From Malacoraja senta (Eukaryota): a stretch of DNA of 64,000 nucleotides. Location of the stretch: positions 15,252,001 to 15,316,000 of the forward strand of contig CM075980.1 in the NCBI GenBank assembly GCA_038087875.1, in the 5' to 3' direction. Position numbers and translations under genes: made by a program. The notes under the pieces were generated by a model that did not search any database, had not been told where the DNA came from, and saw nothing but the letters and a program-made list of their open reading frames with translations. This document shows positions 23,330-37,199 of this stretch, piece by piece (position 1 is the stretch's first letter; every line of letters starts with the position of its first letter).

Positions 23330-26017
23330 AGTTGATACGCTGCCATCTTTGTGACAGTAGAGGGTGACTGGAGTGTGTGTGGCTGTCTCAGCTTGCTGTG
23401 CATAGTTTACAAAGTGGAGCACCACCAGTCTTGTCCCAGTAAGCTGGCACTCTGCTGTTCTTTCTGAATGAAATCACCTCCTTTCAAATCCTAACACCAG
23501 CCTCAGAGTTCTGAAGCTTGCTAGCTGTAGTTCATCCGTGGTTTTAGAATTCACAAAACCCACGGTTTTGGCTTTCAATAGCAGCATAGATGGTGTTTTA
23601 TTTTTCCTGGCAGGCATTACCCTATAACGATTATAGTGGCTGCAGTCGTTCACAGATCGCAACAAACTTCATCAGAGAAGCTGAGCATAGCACTGTGGTG
23701 CGTAGTGTTGCCTTTCACTTATTCAAGGCCCCTGTCCCATTACCTCTGCCATGGCTACCTAGTATTACTCATTATTAATTTCATAATGATTGATTATTAT
23801 ATATTTATTTGTGTTATTGCTTCAATGGGCCTGTAAAGCTGCCACAAGTAAGAATTTAATTGTTCCCATTGCTGGTACATATGAGAGTTAAACAATTTTA
23901 GCTCTTAAAAAGAGTGTTTTCAGTAAATGCCTCATGGAAGGATGAAAACCTTCCACTCCACAGACGCTGCCTGATCTGCTGAGTGTTTCCAGTATTTTCT
24001 GTTTTATTTCAGATTCTTATCATCTGCAATTGTTTTCGGACCGATCTTTCTTTGTCCCAAGTCAGGACTTGATGGTGGACACTCTGACTTACAGACATTT
24101 CCCACCTCAATAAACGGGGTATGTTTAACTTGACAGGATAACAATCTTTTCAAATAAAAAATCCAGCGTAATCTTTCCTGTGTTGGCACTGTGGATACCT
24201 GTGATAAATCTAAAATAAACTATATTCTAAAACACACAAAAATGGTTTAGTTCTTCAGTAGCGTGAAGGCTACAAACATGCATGAAGAAGCAATGTATCT
24301 ATAAATAGGTGTCTCTGTGCTGCATTCTGTCCTCCTTAATGTGGCCCTGAATCAATGAGAAACACATGAGTTAGATGGAGTTCATCAGTGCTGGGGAACG
24401 GGAGAATGACGAGCCCACCAGAATGGATCAGAAGATACAGCTGCAACTGCACCCACCCCCACTGCACACAGGCCGTCATCCTGATCACTGCCCTGTTCCA
24501 AACTCATCTGCTTGCATCCCCACCTTGCCTCAGTGGCAACGAGGTGCTGTGCTGTGGTCAGCTACCTTGCCAAACAGCGAGCCAATGGAAATAACAGCGG
24601 TGTGTGTGGGCTGATAGATGTGGAGCCAAACTACCTCTGGGAAGAATTAAAGCGAAGGATAAAGAGAGTGAGTCACTTCACAGCAAAACGCCAGCATGTT
24701 TCACAGCAAAACGCCAGCATGTTTCTACAGCCATTTCAAGTGGAAGCGTTTGAGAGACAATGAAAGATTCTTCTCTTCCTCTTTTCCTGAAATTCAGAGC
24801 CAGGTCCCATTCATTCGCACTCCTTGACCTTTGATCATTCAACCCTGCTCTTCCCAAGAAAGCATCCTCGTCCCTGTTCAATCCCTTCACTGTGTGAAGG
24901 GAGATAATTAAATCAACGTTCTTGGACAAAATGTCTGATTTCACTGTTTTTCCAACATGTACAAGTACTTCTTCAGTGGAAGTGAGTAGGAACCACTTCA
25001 TGTTAATGAGTTTAGCTTTTGGTTGTAAACCAGAATTTTATTTGGTTTGTTGGCTGCTTCCTCCACTGCACATTATCTACGACCAGAAGAGAGGATGCTC
25101 AGAGAAACTGCTTTCTGCCAGTGTAATCCGAGAATTGGTCACTATGAGATGCCCTGAGACCAGAGGTGACTTTTTGTTCTGTGCTGATTCGGAGTCCGAG
25201 TTGCCCACAATATCGTTCAATGGATTGAAGTCAAACTTCAGCACTCAGACCCAAACTCTTCCTCTTTCGGCAACAAACTCTGGAGTGTTCCCTTTTTGGA
25301 TGCCAGAACGTACTTTGCATCAATAGAAGTCTTGGAACTTTCTTTCAATACCTAGCATTGGTTTCTCACACAAACCACCAGTGTACCAGGCTCCCTCAAA
25401 CTGGCACGTCAGAGTTTACTATTCCCTTACTTCAGAACAGGTGGGCCACCACAGAGAAGCAGTTCCAGTAGACCCAGGTAGAACATAATGACAGAGGGCC
25501 TTGAACAACAATCCTGGACCAGCTTTGTCTGGAGGTGCAGTGCTGTCCCTCTCTCAAGTATTTGGCCATTAAATTCACATGTAACCAGTGTTTTTTCTGG
25601 TGACTGTGCCAGTACAGTGTGCCATTGCTTGGAAAAAGTTAAACATTATTATTCTGGATTTCTGGTCCCGTGACATGTATGTTTATTAATGGTGCACACC
25701 AGCACCTGTTCGTCTACAAAAAAATACCGCTTATAAGGGACCCTTATCTCTTGCCCCACAAAAACCTAACAAGATTTTAATTGTCTTTGTTGTCTTATTT
25801 TTCTATGGACCCAATCCGTAAGAGTTTTTGAAATGTGGTTTGTTCATATAATTTGGAAGTTTAATTGACATTTGCAAAGTCCCACAACAGCAAATTGAAG
25901 ACAATAAATCAGTCTGTTTTTGAATGACCTTTGTGGAATCCTCTGCTTTGAGGACTCTTCAAGGGTGCTTTACCATTGTTTTCCTGTGAACAAGAACCAA
26001 TACCAAGGCAAGCAGCT

Positions 26018-26285
26018 CATAGAGTCATGGAGTGATAGTGTGCAAACAGGCCCTTCAGCCCAACGCCAGCCAACATGTCCCAGCTACACTAATCCCACCT
26101 GCCTGCCTTTGGTCTATATCCTTCCAAACCTATCCTATCCATGTACCTGACTAACAACAGTTTCTTAAACGTTGGGATAGTCCCAGCCTCAACTACCTCC
26201 TCTGGCAGCTTGTTCCATACACCCACCACCCTTTATGTGAAAAGGTTTCCCCTCAGATTTGTATGAAATCTTTTCCCCTTCACCA
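26018..26285 (-). mobile_element. CR1-type LINE 3' fragment
   Basis: Closely similar to 8468-8690. Confidence 0.85.
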
Positions 26286-27966
26286 ACTGTTGTGCTTGTT
26301 GCTTCCTTGGGTAGATGGTTAAAGCAAAGGCCTGCATGCATATGGATGCACCATGACCCAGGATCTGGGCAGTGCATGACGTAGGTACATTGGGGAACAG
26401 GAGAGTTGGCTGTGGGTGAAGTGGGATGACTGGCTATAAGTGGGTCAGGGTTGGAGGTTGGATAGTGGTGTGGTGCCAGAATTGACTGGCATCTAGAATC
26501 AAGGGGTGCAGAGTCATTTGCTACCAATAGAAAGGGAGGAAGTTCACAAGGGAAATGACACCAATTATCTGTATGATTGAATGATCATAAAAGCTGAAGA
26601 TATCATAGCTCTAGTTCACTAGCGATTGATTAATTAACTAATCATTTAACCTCTGCTCCTGCAACGCTGTGATTTCAGCAGTCAATATTAAGCTACACAA
26701 GTAATCAATTATTTTTCCTTGAATTACTGCAGCTAATTAACCCTGCCACAAAGGTCTGTCTTGTTCAGCAGTCGCTGTATCAAATCTTCTTTTCTCCCCT
26801 TCTTTGCTGAACACGCTGATCACGAAGCAGTTGTTACCCTGAGCACTGCCAAGGTTCCCGTCTCACATTTAGAGGATATTTTTCTCGTGTCGATATTCCA
26901 ATCTGCGTTGGTGTCGCCACTGGAGATTACAATAGCAACACTCGGGGAAAGCCGGCCATGATGAATTGGAAGGTCATGCGAGGACTTGTTCACATCCAGC
27001 ACACGGCTTCTGGCAGGAATCGTTGTCCTGTGGTCAAGAGCAGGGACCCGGGAGGATTTTTATCTCCTTCCGTTTTATTTGGTGCGAATTATTAATGAAT
27101 GCCAAGGATCTTGCTCCCAACTTCCTATCTCTGCCCCTTTGCAGATGTACTTGTCAGTAAGTGGATCATTGTTGGCCATTCAAGGCCGGGTTAGGAGGAG
27201 GGTTATGGGGAGGTGGAACCAGACAAACGGGTCGAGGCTGTCGTTTTCCTTTGCAATGTTAGAAATGTTCCTGTGTCACGATTTTTTTTCGGGCCTTTTT
27301 AAGCAAATTTGCTCAAGTGTTAACACAACAGAATCCTCGACTATGCGGTCCGTTTTGCTGCAACAGGCAGTTGATTACGATGCTCCATTAACCCTGCATG
27401 GACCGTCAGATTAAACTCTGGAACAGGAGGGACATTCTGCCTACACAATTCGTGCAAGCAACAAAGCATGTCTACATCAAACTCACAGCAGAACCAAGGG
27501 AAGAAACAAACTTAACAAAACTTCTATTTGAAAGAATTCAGCTCAATAACTTCCAACCCTTTCCTGTCAGTTTAGTTTCTGGTTTATTTTATATTCAGTT
27601 TGCTATATTTAGTTTTGTTCAGAACGTCTCTCCTAAACTTCAGTGGATGGCTCTGTGTTTGTGTATATCCTCACAGTGTGGTAATCAAACTCTCCTGCTC
27701 AATGCAAAGTGACAGAACTATGAAACCCTTTCCCTTCATCTTCCACTCTCTTACCATCTTGGGTGTTTAAAAAAAAACCTATCAGACATCACTGACTTGA
27801 TTTTCTTGCCTTGTTTTTCTCCCGACAACCTTGCTGATGATGTCTGTTGCCTGGACATAGCTTCTGAGTTTTCCTCATTTATTCCCGGGATATCGCCGCT
27901 GAATTTTGGATGTACATATGCATCAACTGCATTGGTTGAGCTGTTAACACACATGGGACGTAATAA

Positions 27967-28153
27967 TGGGCCTGTCCCACTTAGGCGACTCTTTAGGCGA
28001 CTGCCAAGGACTAGTTTTAATGGAATTCACCTACGACACCTGGCGACAACCTACGACAGCAAAAACTGTTGCCAAAATTATTTCCAACATGTTGAAAATC
28101 TTGCGGCAGTTGCCTGTAGTCGCCTAAAAATTCACCTAAGTGGGACAGGCCCA
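27967..28153. mobile_element. PIF/Harbinger-like MITE (187 bp)
   Basis: TAA|tgggcctgtcccacttagg...cctaagtgggacaggccca|TAA: perfect 19-bp TIR and TAA TSD. Confidence 0.88.
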
Positions 28154-28200
28154 TAAGGAATCATAGATGGGACGAACTGGGTAAGGATGGCAGTTTTTTT

Positions 28201-28530
28201 TTCAAGAGTCAACAGTGTTATATTGTCATAGGTCCCAGATAGAACAATGAGATTCTTACTTGCCTCAGCACAACAGAATATGTAAACATAGTACTCTGTA
28301 AACAATATAATAAATGAGAACAAATAAGTTCAGTGCGTGTATGTGTGTGTGTGTATATACATACATTGAACTTTATTTCTGGTTTTATATGTGCTGCTTA
28401 TAAATTAAAAAATATATATAATCATATACACACATATACATACATATATATGTACATTCACATACTTGCACGTAAACAACCAATAAAAGTGCAAAGAGAC
28501 ATAACCAATGCCCCCAAGTCTATGTAGTTC
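28201..28530 (-). mobile_element. Rex1/Babar-like LINE 3' UTR with (TA/CA) low-complexity insert
   Basis: tcaagagtcaa..ttgtcata..gaacaatgagattcttacttgc, also seen at about 13605-13680 and inverted at about 23830-23900. Confidence 0.55.
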
Positions 28531-30009
28531 AGAATTTAGTTTCCCTTAAGAAATGGATTTTCACAAAAATCATGTTACTATTGAATCAAAATCAGATTTA
28601 TTTAATGGCTTGCATTTGAATTCCCTAGGTGCTGAAATAAGTGAACACTTATGTCTGGGTCAGTGGTGCAAGCTTCTCATTGCTAGTCCAGTAACTTAAT
28701 CAGCATGCACTCTTATTTAATGGAATGCACATGGACCCTGCACAAGATGTGCGCAGTTTCTCTGAAGATGCCAGTTTTCCTTTGCAGTGACATGAACTAA
28801 CGGGAGGTGACATGGGAAGGCCGTGGACGGGTAGAGCCGTGGGATCAGTGCTGAGGATGGGGTGCACTGAAGTTGACCTGCAGCACATCAGGAATAAGCT
28901 GCCATGTTGTTCAATACTTGAGCCCAGGAGCCGTTCCATCCAAGTGATCAGCAGATCTCTGACTGGACTGCTAATAAAACATTGTTCTTTGTATTGAGTG
29001 CTCAAGCCTTCAACACAGTTCATTGACTTTTGTATAGGGGGAGGGGGGGAAATTATGAAAGAATAATGTAAAAAATAGTTGCACAACCATAGCAATAACT
29101 GAGAACAGATGCCAATGGCAAAGGCAATATTCTGGTGTTGAATGTAGATTTTTTGTAGTTCATAAGTACTGAGTAACATTTAGCTCAGCTCTGTGCAGTA
29201 ATTCTCTCCAAACAGTGCTGACCTTTATGGGTGTATTTAATATAATTTAAATCAATGTATTTCTTTGGAACCTACATCGCTGATGTGTGAACTTGAGGAA
29301 GCCCATGTTGTAACAGGTCAGAACTTCCATCCTCACAGACAACGAAACACGACCATCTGCTTGTATCTTTTATGCTGTTCAATGTGATCTGGAATATCCC
29401 TGGAGCCGGTTGTCTGAAGATGTTCTGAAGAGAAACCCGAGGCATTAATTGGTTAACCAGTCATTACTTCATTGAGTGTTCTTTCCACACAGATCGCCTG
29501 GCATATTCCCCCATGGTTTGAAGGAATGCAGCAGCATTGAAAGGTTCTCTCTGGAGAGGGTGATTACTGATGTCAGGCAGACCTCTGCCACATCATCCTA
29601 TTGTACAATGGAACCTGATATGTCCTCTGGTCCTCCTCCTGACAGGCTGTGGTTATGCCGGGGCAGGAATGTGACAACTGTGGGGTATTGTCTCAGGATA
29701 AAAGGATAGCCATTTAGGACTGAGACAAGGAGAGATGTCTTTGCACAGAGGTTTGTGAATCATTGGCATCCTGTGTCTCGCAGGCTGCAAGTGCTCAGCC
29801 GGTGAGAATATTTATGGCTGAGATCAATGGATTTTTAAACAATTTTGGATTTAAAAGATATGGGAGCCTGGTGTGAAAGTGGACCTGAGGCACAAGAGAC
29901 AGTCATGTTTTGTTGACCAGGGACAGCATCGAGGGCTGTGCCTTATCTTATTGTGCAGTTTTCTGCAGGTGTTTGTACTGATTATCCAGATATGTCTGTG
30001 TGTTTATAT

Positions 30010-30672
30010 GTTCATAAGGCATAGCAGCACAATGTAGCTATTCGGCCCATCGAGTCTAGCCCGCCATTCAATTATGGCTGATCTATCATTCCCTTTCAAC
30101 CCCATACTCCTTCCTTCTCCCCATAACCCCTGACACCCTTACTAATCAAGAATTTGTCAATCTCAACTTTAAAAATACTCACTGATGGCCTCCACAACTA
30201 TCTGTGGCAATGAATTTCACCGACTCACCACCCTTTGACTAAAATTCCTCCTCGTCTCCTTTATAAAGGTACGTTCTTTTATTCTGAGGCTGTGTCCTCT
30301 GGTCCTAGACTCTCCCACTAGCGGAAACATCCTCGCCACATCCACACCATCCAGGTCTCATCATTCTCGTAACCTTCCCTTGGACCCTCTCCAACGCCAG
30401 CACATCCCTCCTCAGACATGGGGTCCAAAAACGCTCACAATACTCCAAATGCGGTCTAACCAGTTCCTTATATAATGCCTCAGTATTCTTTGATTCTGCC
30501 CTGAGTGTGTACGTGGGCCACATTGACAAGACTGTGATCATAAGAGATAGCAGTAGAATTAGGCCATTTGGCCCATTATGTTTACTCCGCCATTCTCTGC
30601 TGATCTATCTCTCCCTCCTAACCCCATTCTCCTGCCTTCTTCCCATAACCTCTGACACCTGTACTAATCAAG
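30010..30672 (-). mobile_element. Two CR1-type LINE 3' fragments (30010-30480 and 30540-30672)
   Basis: Minus ORF LYKELVRPHLEYCERFWTPCLRRDVLALERVQ, plus CR1 3' UTRs. Confidence 0.9.
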
Positions 30673-30999
30673 AATTATATGTGATAACATATAACCGAGG
30701 ACGTCTCAAAGTTTGGGCAGTTGGGGCCAGGTGGAGTTGACGATCATCTGGGTCAACTTGGATCGTGGAAACCAGAGTGGTGAGTGACTGTAAATACAAC
30801 AGCGCAGTCAGTAACCAGCCCTGCGCAACACTGGGAGCTGGCACATTGCCAAAGTGTTTGGCCGTTTAGACAAGAAGCCTGAATTAGCAAATCGAATATG
30901 TTCAAATGTCCACTTTTTGAACATACAACCTGTATGTAATGGTCCCCTGGCGATCTTACTTAACAGCACGATATTTTGTTATTTTAGTGAGTAGGTTGG

Positions 31000-31285
31000 T
31001 ATTAGTTTATTATTGTCATGTGTATTGAGATACAGCGAAAAGCTTTCTGCATGCAATCCAGTCAAATCAAATCATATTGTACATCGGTACACAAGTAGAA
31101 CAAGTAGTGCAAAGAGAAAAATACCAGAGTGTAGAATATAGTGTTACAGCATCGTAGTGTTACAGTTACATTACATCCGCAAAGAGGTAGGTTGGAAGAT
31201 CGGGGCTACACGAGGGAGGACTGCACAGTCTTCTGATAGCAGTTGGGAAGAAGCTGCCCGTGAATCTGGTGGTACGTGCATTTTG
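31000..31285 (-). mobile_element. Rex1/Babar-like LINE 3' fragment
   Basis: tttattattgtca..gaaaagcttt..gggaagaagctgcccgtgaatctggtggtacg, matching 46372-47095 and 57950-58492. Confidence 0.7.
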
Positions 31286-32837
31286 TATCTCTTGTTATTG
31301 TAGGACCAACTTATTTACATGCTCTTCGGACAGCAGTCCCAGCAGAAGGAATGATTTTCGACACTGCTTACTTTCACATCGCTGCTGGTGAATTAACCAT
31401 TTCTTATTTGCCAAGAGCACATATCACTTTCACAATCGTTGCTGAGGCATCAATGTCAAGGTGAATTGTTTTCTTGGCCGAGTTATCTTGGGAAGATTTT
31501 AGCTTAATGTGTTGTTGCCCCTCCAGGATTTCACACAATGGGACAATGATGATCATTTACTGACAAGAGTGTTTGATTTCTCGGAGGATTTAATGGGTAC
31601 GCTCTCTGGAGTTTCTCACAAGTTGTGCCTGGCCAGCTGAGATGTGCTAAAATTATGATGACTGTGAGAATTATTGGGACAGCCAAGTGTCGGTGCGTAG
31701 AATATAGTGCTGTACGGCCCATGCAGTTCTTGGGTGATGGATGGTTTTAACATGAACTGCAACACCTTGATTTTAACAAAGGCCATCGTAGGTCACACTC
31801 ATCCTTCATAGTCAAGTATGAGAAATGCTCATGTATTTACGTGTAACGGCAAGCCCTCGACAGCCTGATCTTTCCTGCACTCGGTGAAATGGACGTACAT
31901 TTTGGGCTCTCCACACACAGTGGTGGTATCCGGTGGTGTCAGGCATTGGGATCTGGTATTCTGACATTTTAACAGGTTCAGATGTAAACTGTGAACCTTT
32001 GTAGGGTCCTGCCGACCGAATAGTTTCAACGTGATGCAAGCGAGAGTCTTCATCAGGTACCAACAATGGTGCTGGTATTAAAATATTGTCAAATTAGGAC
32101 GATGTTTCTATTCTCCAGACAGATAAAGAAAGGTGATTATTTTTTGTGACTAATGGCAATGTTCAAGAAAGAGGGAACCTTTGAGAAAGAACAGACCATT
32201 TTAACAGGGATAGCCACCTATTCATTGCTGTAAATTTCCACATCTTTTTTCATTGTTTCGTGAGATTAGAGCATTGTTGAAGAAGCCACTATTTATTGAT
32301 TATTTCTTGCTACTGCTACCAACAAACCAACTTCCCTTGCTGAACTTGTCCTTATATTAAACAACTTCTCCTTCAACTCTGCTTTCTCCAGATAGAAGTT
32401 CAACTATCCATTCAATAATCACATAATTTCACTCTATCGCAGACACTCCCTTTGTTAGCACTGCTGTCCTCTCCCATCCTCTCCACTAGCTTTCTCTCTC
32501 CCTCCGTTCTGATGAAGATTCTTTGGTTTGAAACATTAACGCTTTGCATAGAAGCTGCCTGACCCGCTGAGCTTTTCCAGCATTTTCTGTTTTTTTTTAT
32601 TTCTGGTGAGAATTTCTTCGTGAACCACTGAAGTCTGTTTTGTGAAAATAAACAAAAAATAGCCGATGCTGTAAATCTGAAATAAAAACAGAAAACGCTG
32701 GAAACACTCTACAGGTCAGGCAGCATTCGTGTGAAGAGAAGCAGAATTAATGTTTCAGGTTGGAGAACATTCTCTGCCATCTTCATCACAACTTTCACCC
32801 ACTCGTTTTTAAACAAAACACAATGCTGAGGAACTTG

Positions 32838-32968
32838 TATAAGAAGGAACTGCAGATGCTGGAAAATCGAAGGTAGACAAAAATGCTGGAGAAACTCAGT
32901 GGGTGAGGCAGTATCTATGGAGCGAAGGAAATAGGCGACGTTTCGGGTCGAGACCCTTCTTCAGACCC
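32838..32968 (-). mobile_element. Solo Penelope-like terminal repeat with 15-bp TSD
   Basis: atgctgaggaacttg at 32823-32837 and 32969-32983. Confidence 0.88.
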
Positions 32969-32970
32969 AT
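32931..32970 (-). ncRNA. Hammerhead ribozyme motif with plausible helix I
   Basis: AUGGGU-CUGAAGA-A-GGGUC uc GACCC-GAAAC-GUC-GCCUAU, giving a 6-bp helix I with two G-U pairs. Core at 32937-32964. Confidence 0.65.
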
Positions 32971-35900
32971 GCTGAGGAACTTGGTTCTTTCTCAGTCCCC
33001 ACAGAGGGTCTCTCTTTCCACCCTATGGTGATGCATTTCTTGGAGTTATAGGAAGGGGTGCATCACTGAGTTCAGGATTGTAGAGAAACCAGTTACAATT
33101 CAGCCCAATACCTCCTTACCATCCAATGTACAGTATGTACAAATTCTAAGAAGACTCTGTAATCTCAATATGTTCCAAAAACGAAAGTCTAACCCAAGTA
33201 ATAACAAAGTTTTGGCAGTAAATGAAAATAATAAAACTGCAGATGCTGGAAATCTGAAAATAACCAGAAAAACCCCAGTAAAACAAAGCTACATCATGTC
33301 ACTATAGAAATAAACTGCTACAGATGCTGGAAATCCAAACACTGACAAGGCCAGGTACATTCATGGAGAAAAACACACCTCTGAAATCACCACCTGTATG
33401 TGACCATTTTTGCTGTCCACACGATTGGCCTGTTGACCATTCCAGCATGTTTTATGGGGAGAGGAGGTAATGCGGTAATTCTACTGCCAGTCGTACCTGG
33501 GGATCTTGATATATTAGATATGATTTGCATGTAATTACCCTCCACACATTATCTTTTTTTCTGGAGCTCTGGTTTTATTGGGAATGGTCATTGTAACATT
33601 TCCACCACTGTTGGAATAAACTCTGCTCTAAGGAAATTGACTCTTGGTCTTTATCCCATTGTTGGTTTGCTGCTAGTTAACTGAAAGAGCTGCTGTGGAT
33701 CAAACAAATCCAGTACCTTCTCAAAGCAATTGGAAGGATCGATAAATCAGGCTATACCACGTTATGAGCAATGATTTTGAAGAACTTTCCATGGCCTAAG
33801 TGTAAACTGCTGACACGATGGTGGAGCTGAGCAGAAGGATGCGGCATTTGGATTGCAGGATTTGTTGTGAGAGAATTTTTATTAAACCAAAGTAAATAGT
33901 GGATGCATGTTCATTTTCAACAAGACCCTGTACCATCTCGACACAATGACAAGTGGATTGATTTGTCCAAAGTGAATGTTTGCTTTTACCGCTGCTCCTT
34001 TTGAGTCTTCATCAGTCAGTCTCCAGTTCCTCGAAGATTTTTACATGCTTTTATTCTTTCAATATTTTCAAAGGTGACAGAATTCAACCTTTTCATTTCC
34101 CTAAACATCAAATGCAACTAGAACGTAATTGCTATCTATTCTCAATGTGATGCTGTCGTTGTTTACAGGATGCTGCAATAATAGAATTGCCACGAGAGTC
34201 CCAACACCCCCACCTTCTCCTCCTCTTGACTATCTACGGCATGTTTTACTGGTCACAGCAAATTGCTGAACTGTATAGTCTGCTGCTACCCACCAAGGCT
34301 CTGTGGATTTCTGCAGCATTGCAGGAATCTGCAGCTCTTATCTGTAACTGAATCAAACAGCCGGCATTGCAAACCTATTTATTTTAAGAATAATGGACTG
34401 CTTTGCACCTGGCCTTACAAGTGCATTGTTCTGAAAACTTCATCTTTTAAGAGACTGTTTTCGAACATGTCACGGCAGTGCACAGGGCTGCTCATTTTTT
34501 CCCGTTTTCCAAGTGTCTGAATCCCCCCTTGTGTGAGGCACATCGCACACACGTTCACTCACTGTCACACTTCAGCGAACACCCACAACTCTTTCATTTT
34601 AGTGAATTAACATTTACTTTCACTCTCTCACACTGTTAATCAACATACTTTCTCACTCTCAACCAATCTTCCTCTTCCATGTGCCTCAACTTACTTGCAC
34701 CGTTAATTGTCGCATGCTCTCACTCACATGCATGTCTCGTACACACTGTCATCACATGTGCTCTCGCTCTCGCATGCACTCTCATACATTTTTTAATTGT
34801 GATGTGCTCACTTGCTCTCTCTCACACTCTTCATTTGGTCTTGATCTACTATTTGTACCTCACATACTCGAGTAGTTAACTCCCACACTGGAGAAGAGTT
34901 TGCAACAACAGAGATGGGATTTAATTTCTCCATTATGTTGCATATCTACAACTTTGTTTATCTTTTGCTTCATTGGTCTGATGATTGTTGGATTATATTA
35001 CTGCTAATCTAAAACTATAAACTTGTTTGTTAATGAAACATGGTTAACTTTAATGAAACTAGATGCCTCATTGTATTGTTCCATGTGCTTGCCTGCAATA
35101 AGCAGTCTTGTCAGTTTGCTGTGCTGCGCTTTATCCATTAATCTACACTGTCAAGAAGCAGTGAACGCAGCAGATGCGCAGAGACAAGCAAGGCTGGTGA
35201 AGACTGTTGCTTATTATTCGTGGTCTTTTGTCACTCCTCCACTCGATGCTATCTTTAGATGTCTTTTTCTCTTTCCAAATGGAAACTTCCAAAGCAGAAC
35301 CTCATGACAAACGTTTGTGGAGTTTTTCTATTAATTTTATCATCTGTCTCTCACCCTCTCCAATGACATCATGACAGTTTTGCCAGTTGTTCAAAAGGTG
35401 ACGATGCAGAAACAATGCTGCTCCTCACCTACTGAACATTTCCACCACTTCTGTTTTAGTTGGTGTTTCCAGAATCTGCAGTATTTTGCTCTTGGATGTG
35501 CTGAAACCTTACCATATGAGACCAAATCTGAATAAAAGGTCTCTTCCACAGAGTGTCCTGAAGACCAAAAAATGTAAGTTCAGGTGCCATTCTACAGCAG
35601 TCAAAAATCAAAAGACTGAGTTTGCTTGCAATCTGAAATAAAAACAGAAACCCCCCAAAATACTCAGCATCCAGGCAACGTCTGTGTTTCTCCCTATGGA
35701 TTCCCCCTGCCAATGTTTCCTGTTTTTGTTGCTGTTTGTACAGCGTCAGTGGAATTTCGGCTGTTTAACTGTAGCTGATTTGTTGGGTGGTGCAAACAAA
35801 GTTCTCCTGATAAAAGTAAACCTACTTGTAACATATAACTGGTTTTCACTTTGTCGTGAAAGGTTAATGACTTCTCAGTCGGTAGCTGGTGTTCTACTTG

Positions 35901-37199
35901 GCATGACGTTGTGTGTCAGCTTTAGCCACACATTAGTCCCCAGTGGTTCTTTGTGCAGTGCGATCTTCGAGCTCATCCTCAGCTTTGCTAAATGAGAGAG
36001 TGATGGGACTCATTGCCGATAGCTACTGAAGTGTGGGGAAACAACTGAGCCTGACGATCGCTACTGCTGGCAAAGTACATGAGCAGGGTCCAGAGTTGCT
36101 GAAACCAGTGCAAATGTTAGACAAACATTCCTGAAGAGAATTGTCTCAACTTGAGAATCAGGAAGTAAACAGACTGTAGGAAAAAACTGCAAGTGCTGGT
36201 TTAAATTGAAGATAGACGCAAAATGATGGGGTAACTCAGCGGGACAGGCAGCATCTCTGAAGAGAAGGAATAGGTGATGTTTTTTGTAAACAGAATGTGT
36301 TTCTCTCTGATAGATCACGGTCATAAACTTTGAGTATATAGTTAATAACCTAAGAGTCCCAATTTGTCCTGCTTTGCTAATCTCAATGAAAGGAACGCTA
36401 CAGCAAAACACAGCGTGCCGGAGGAACTCGGTGGGTCAGGTAGCATCTGTGGAGGGAAAGTTTTGGGTTGGGACCCTCCTTCAGACCCAGAACATAGTCA
36501 AACAGTAGGAGAGCAGCAAGAATCACAGAAGGGACTCAGTGGGAGAGGGTCTCGCAGAATTCCCATCGGAGAGAGTAGGGGAACATCTTCAAAGTAGACA
36601 TACTTTGAGGAGATTTTGAGGTGGAGTGGCAAAATGGAGGCCCAAGAGACCATAGATGCTGGAAACTTGAACAAAACACAAGGTGCTGGAGGAACTGTCA
36701 GGCAGCATCGCTGGAGGGAATGGCCAGATGACTTTTTGGGTTGGGATCTTTCAGACCACAATACTAGTCTGAAGAAGATTACTAGAACTGAGCATTGTAG
36801 TTCGAAGGCAGGAGATGCTGAACACATCTGCCAATGTTCCCCTTCCTAGTGGCCTCTGTGTGATCCCTGTTGGCAGGTATATGTGAATATTTAATGGAGG
36901 TAAGGACCAGGCTTCTTCCTCTGACCGAATAGCCAGCTGTTACTACATCAAGTACACATGTGCTTTGTAATCCTTTGTGTGAAAAAACAGTGAAGTATTG
37001 TTTGTGGAATCACACATCGGTAAGGGTCAAAGATCAACATTTTAGAGAGAATTAAACAGAAAATGTTTGCTGGGGCCTTATGGTTACCAAATATTTCATT
37101 TGCTGCTCCAAACATAACAGAAATTACCAGCAGTGCACTTTCCTGTAATTCTTCTGTAAAGAAAAAAGGAGACAGTGAATTCAAAATTTGGCTTTGGAG

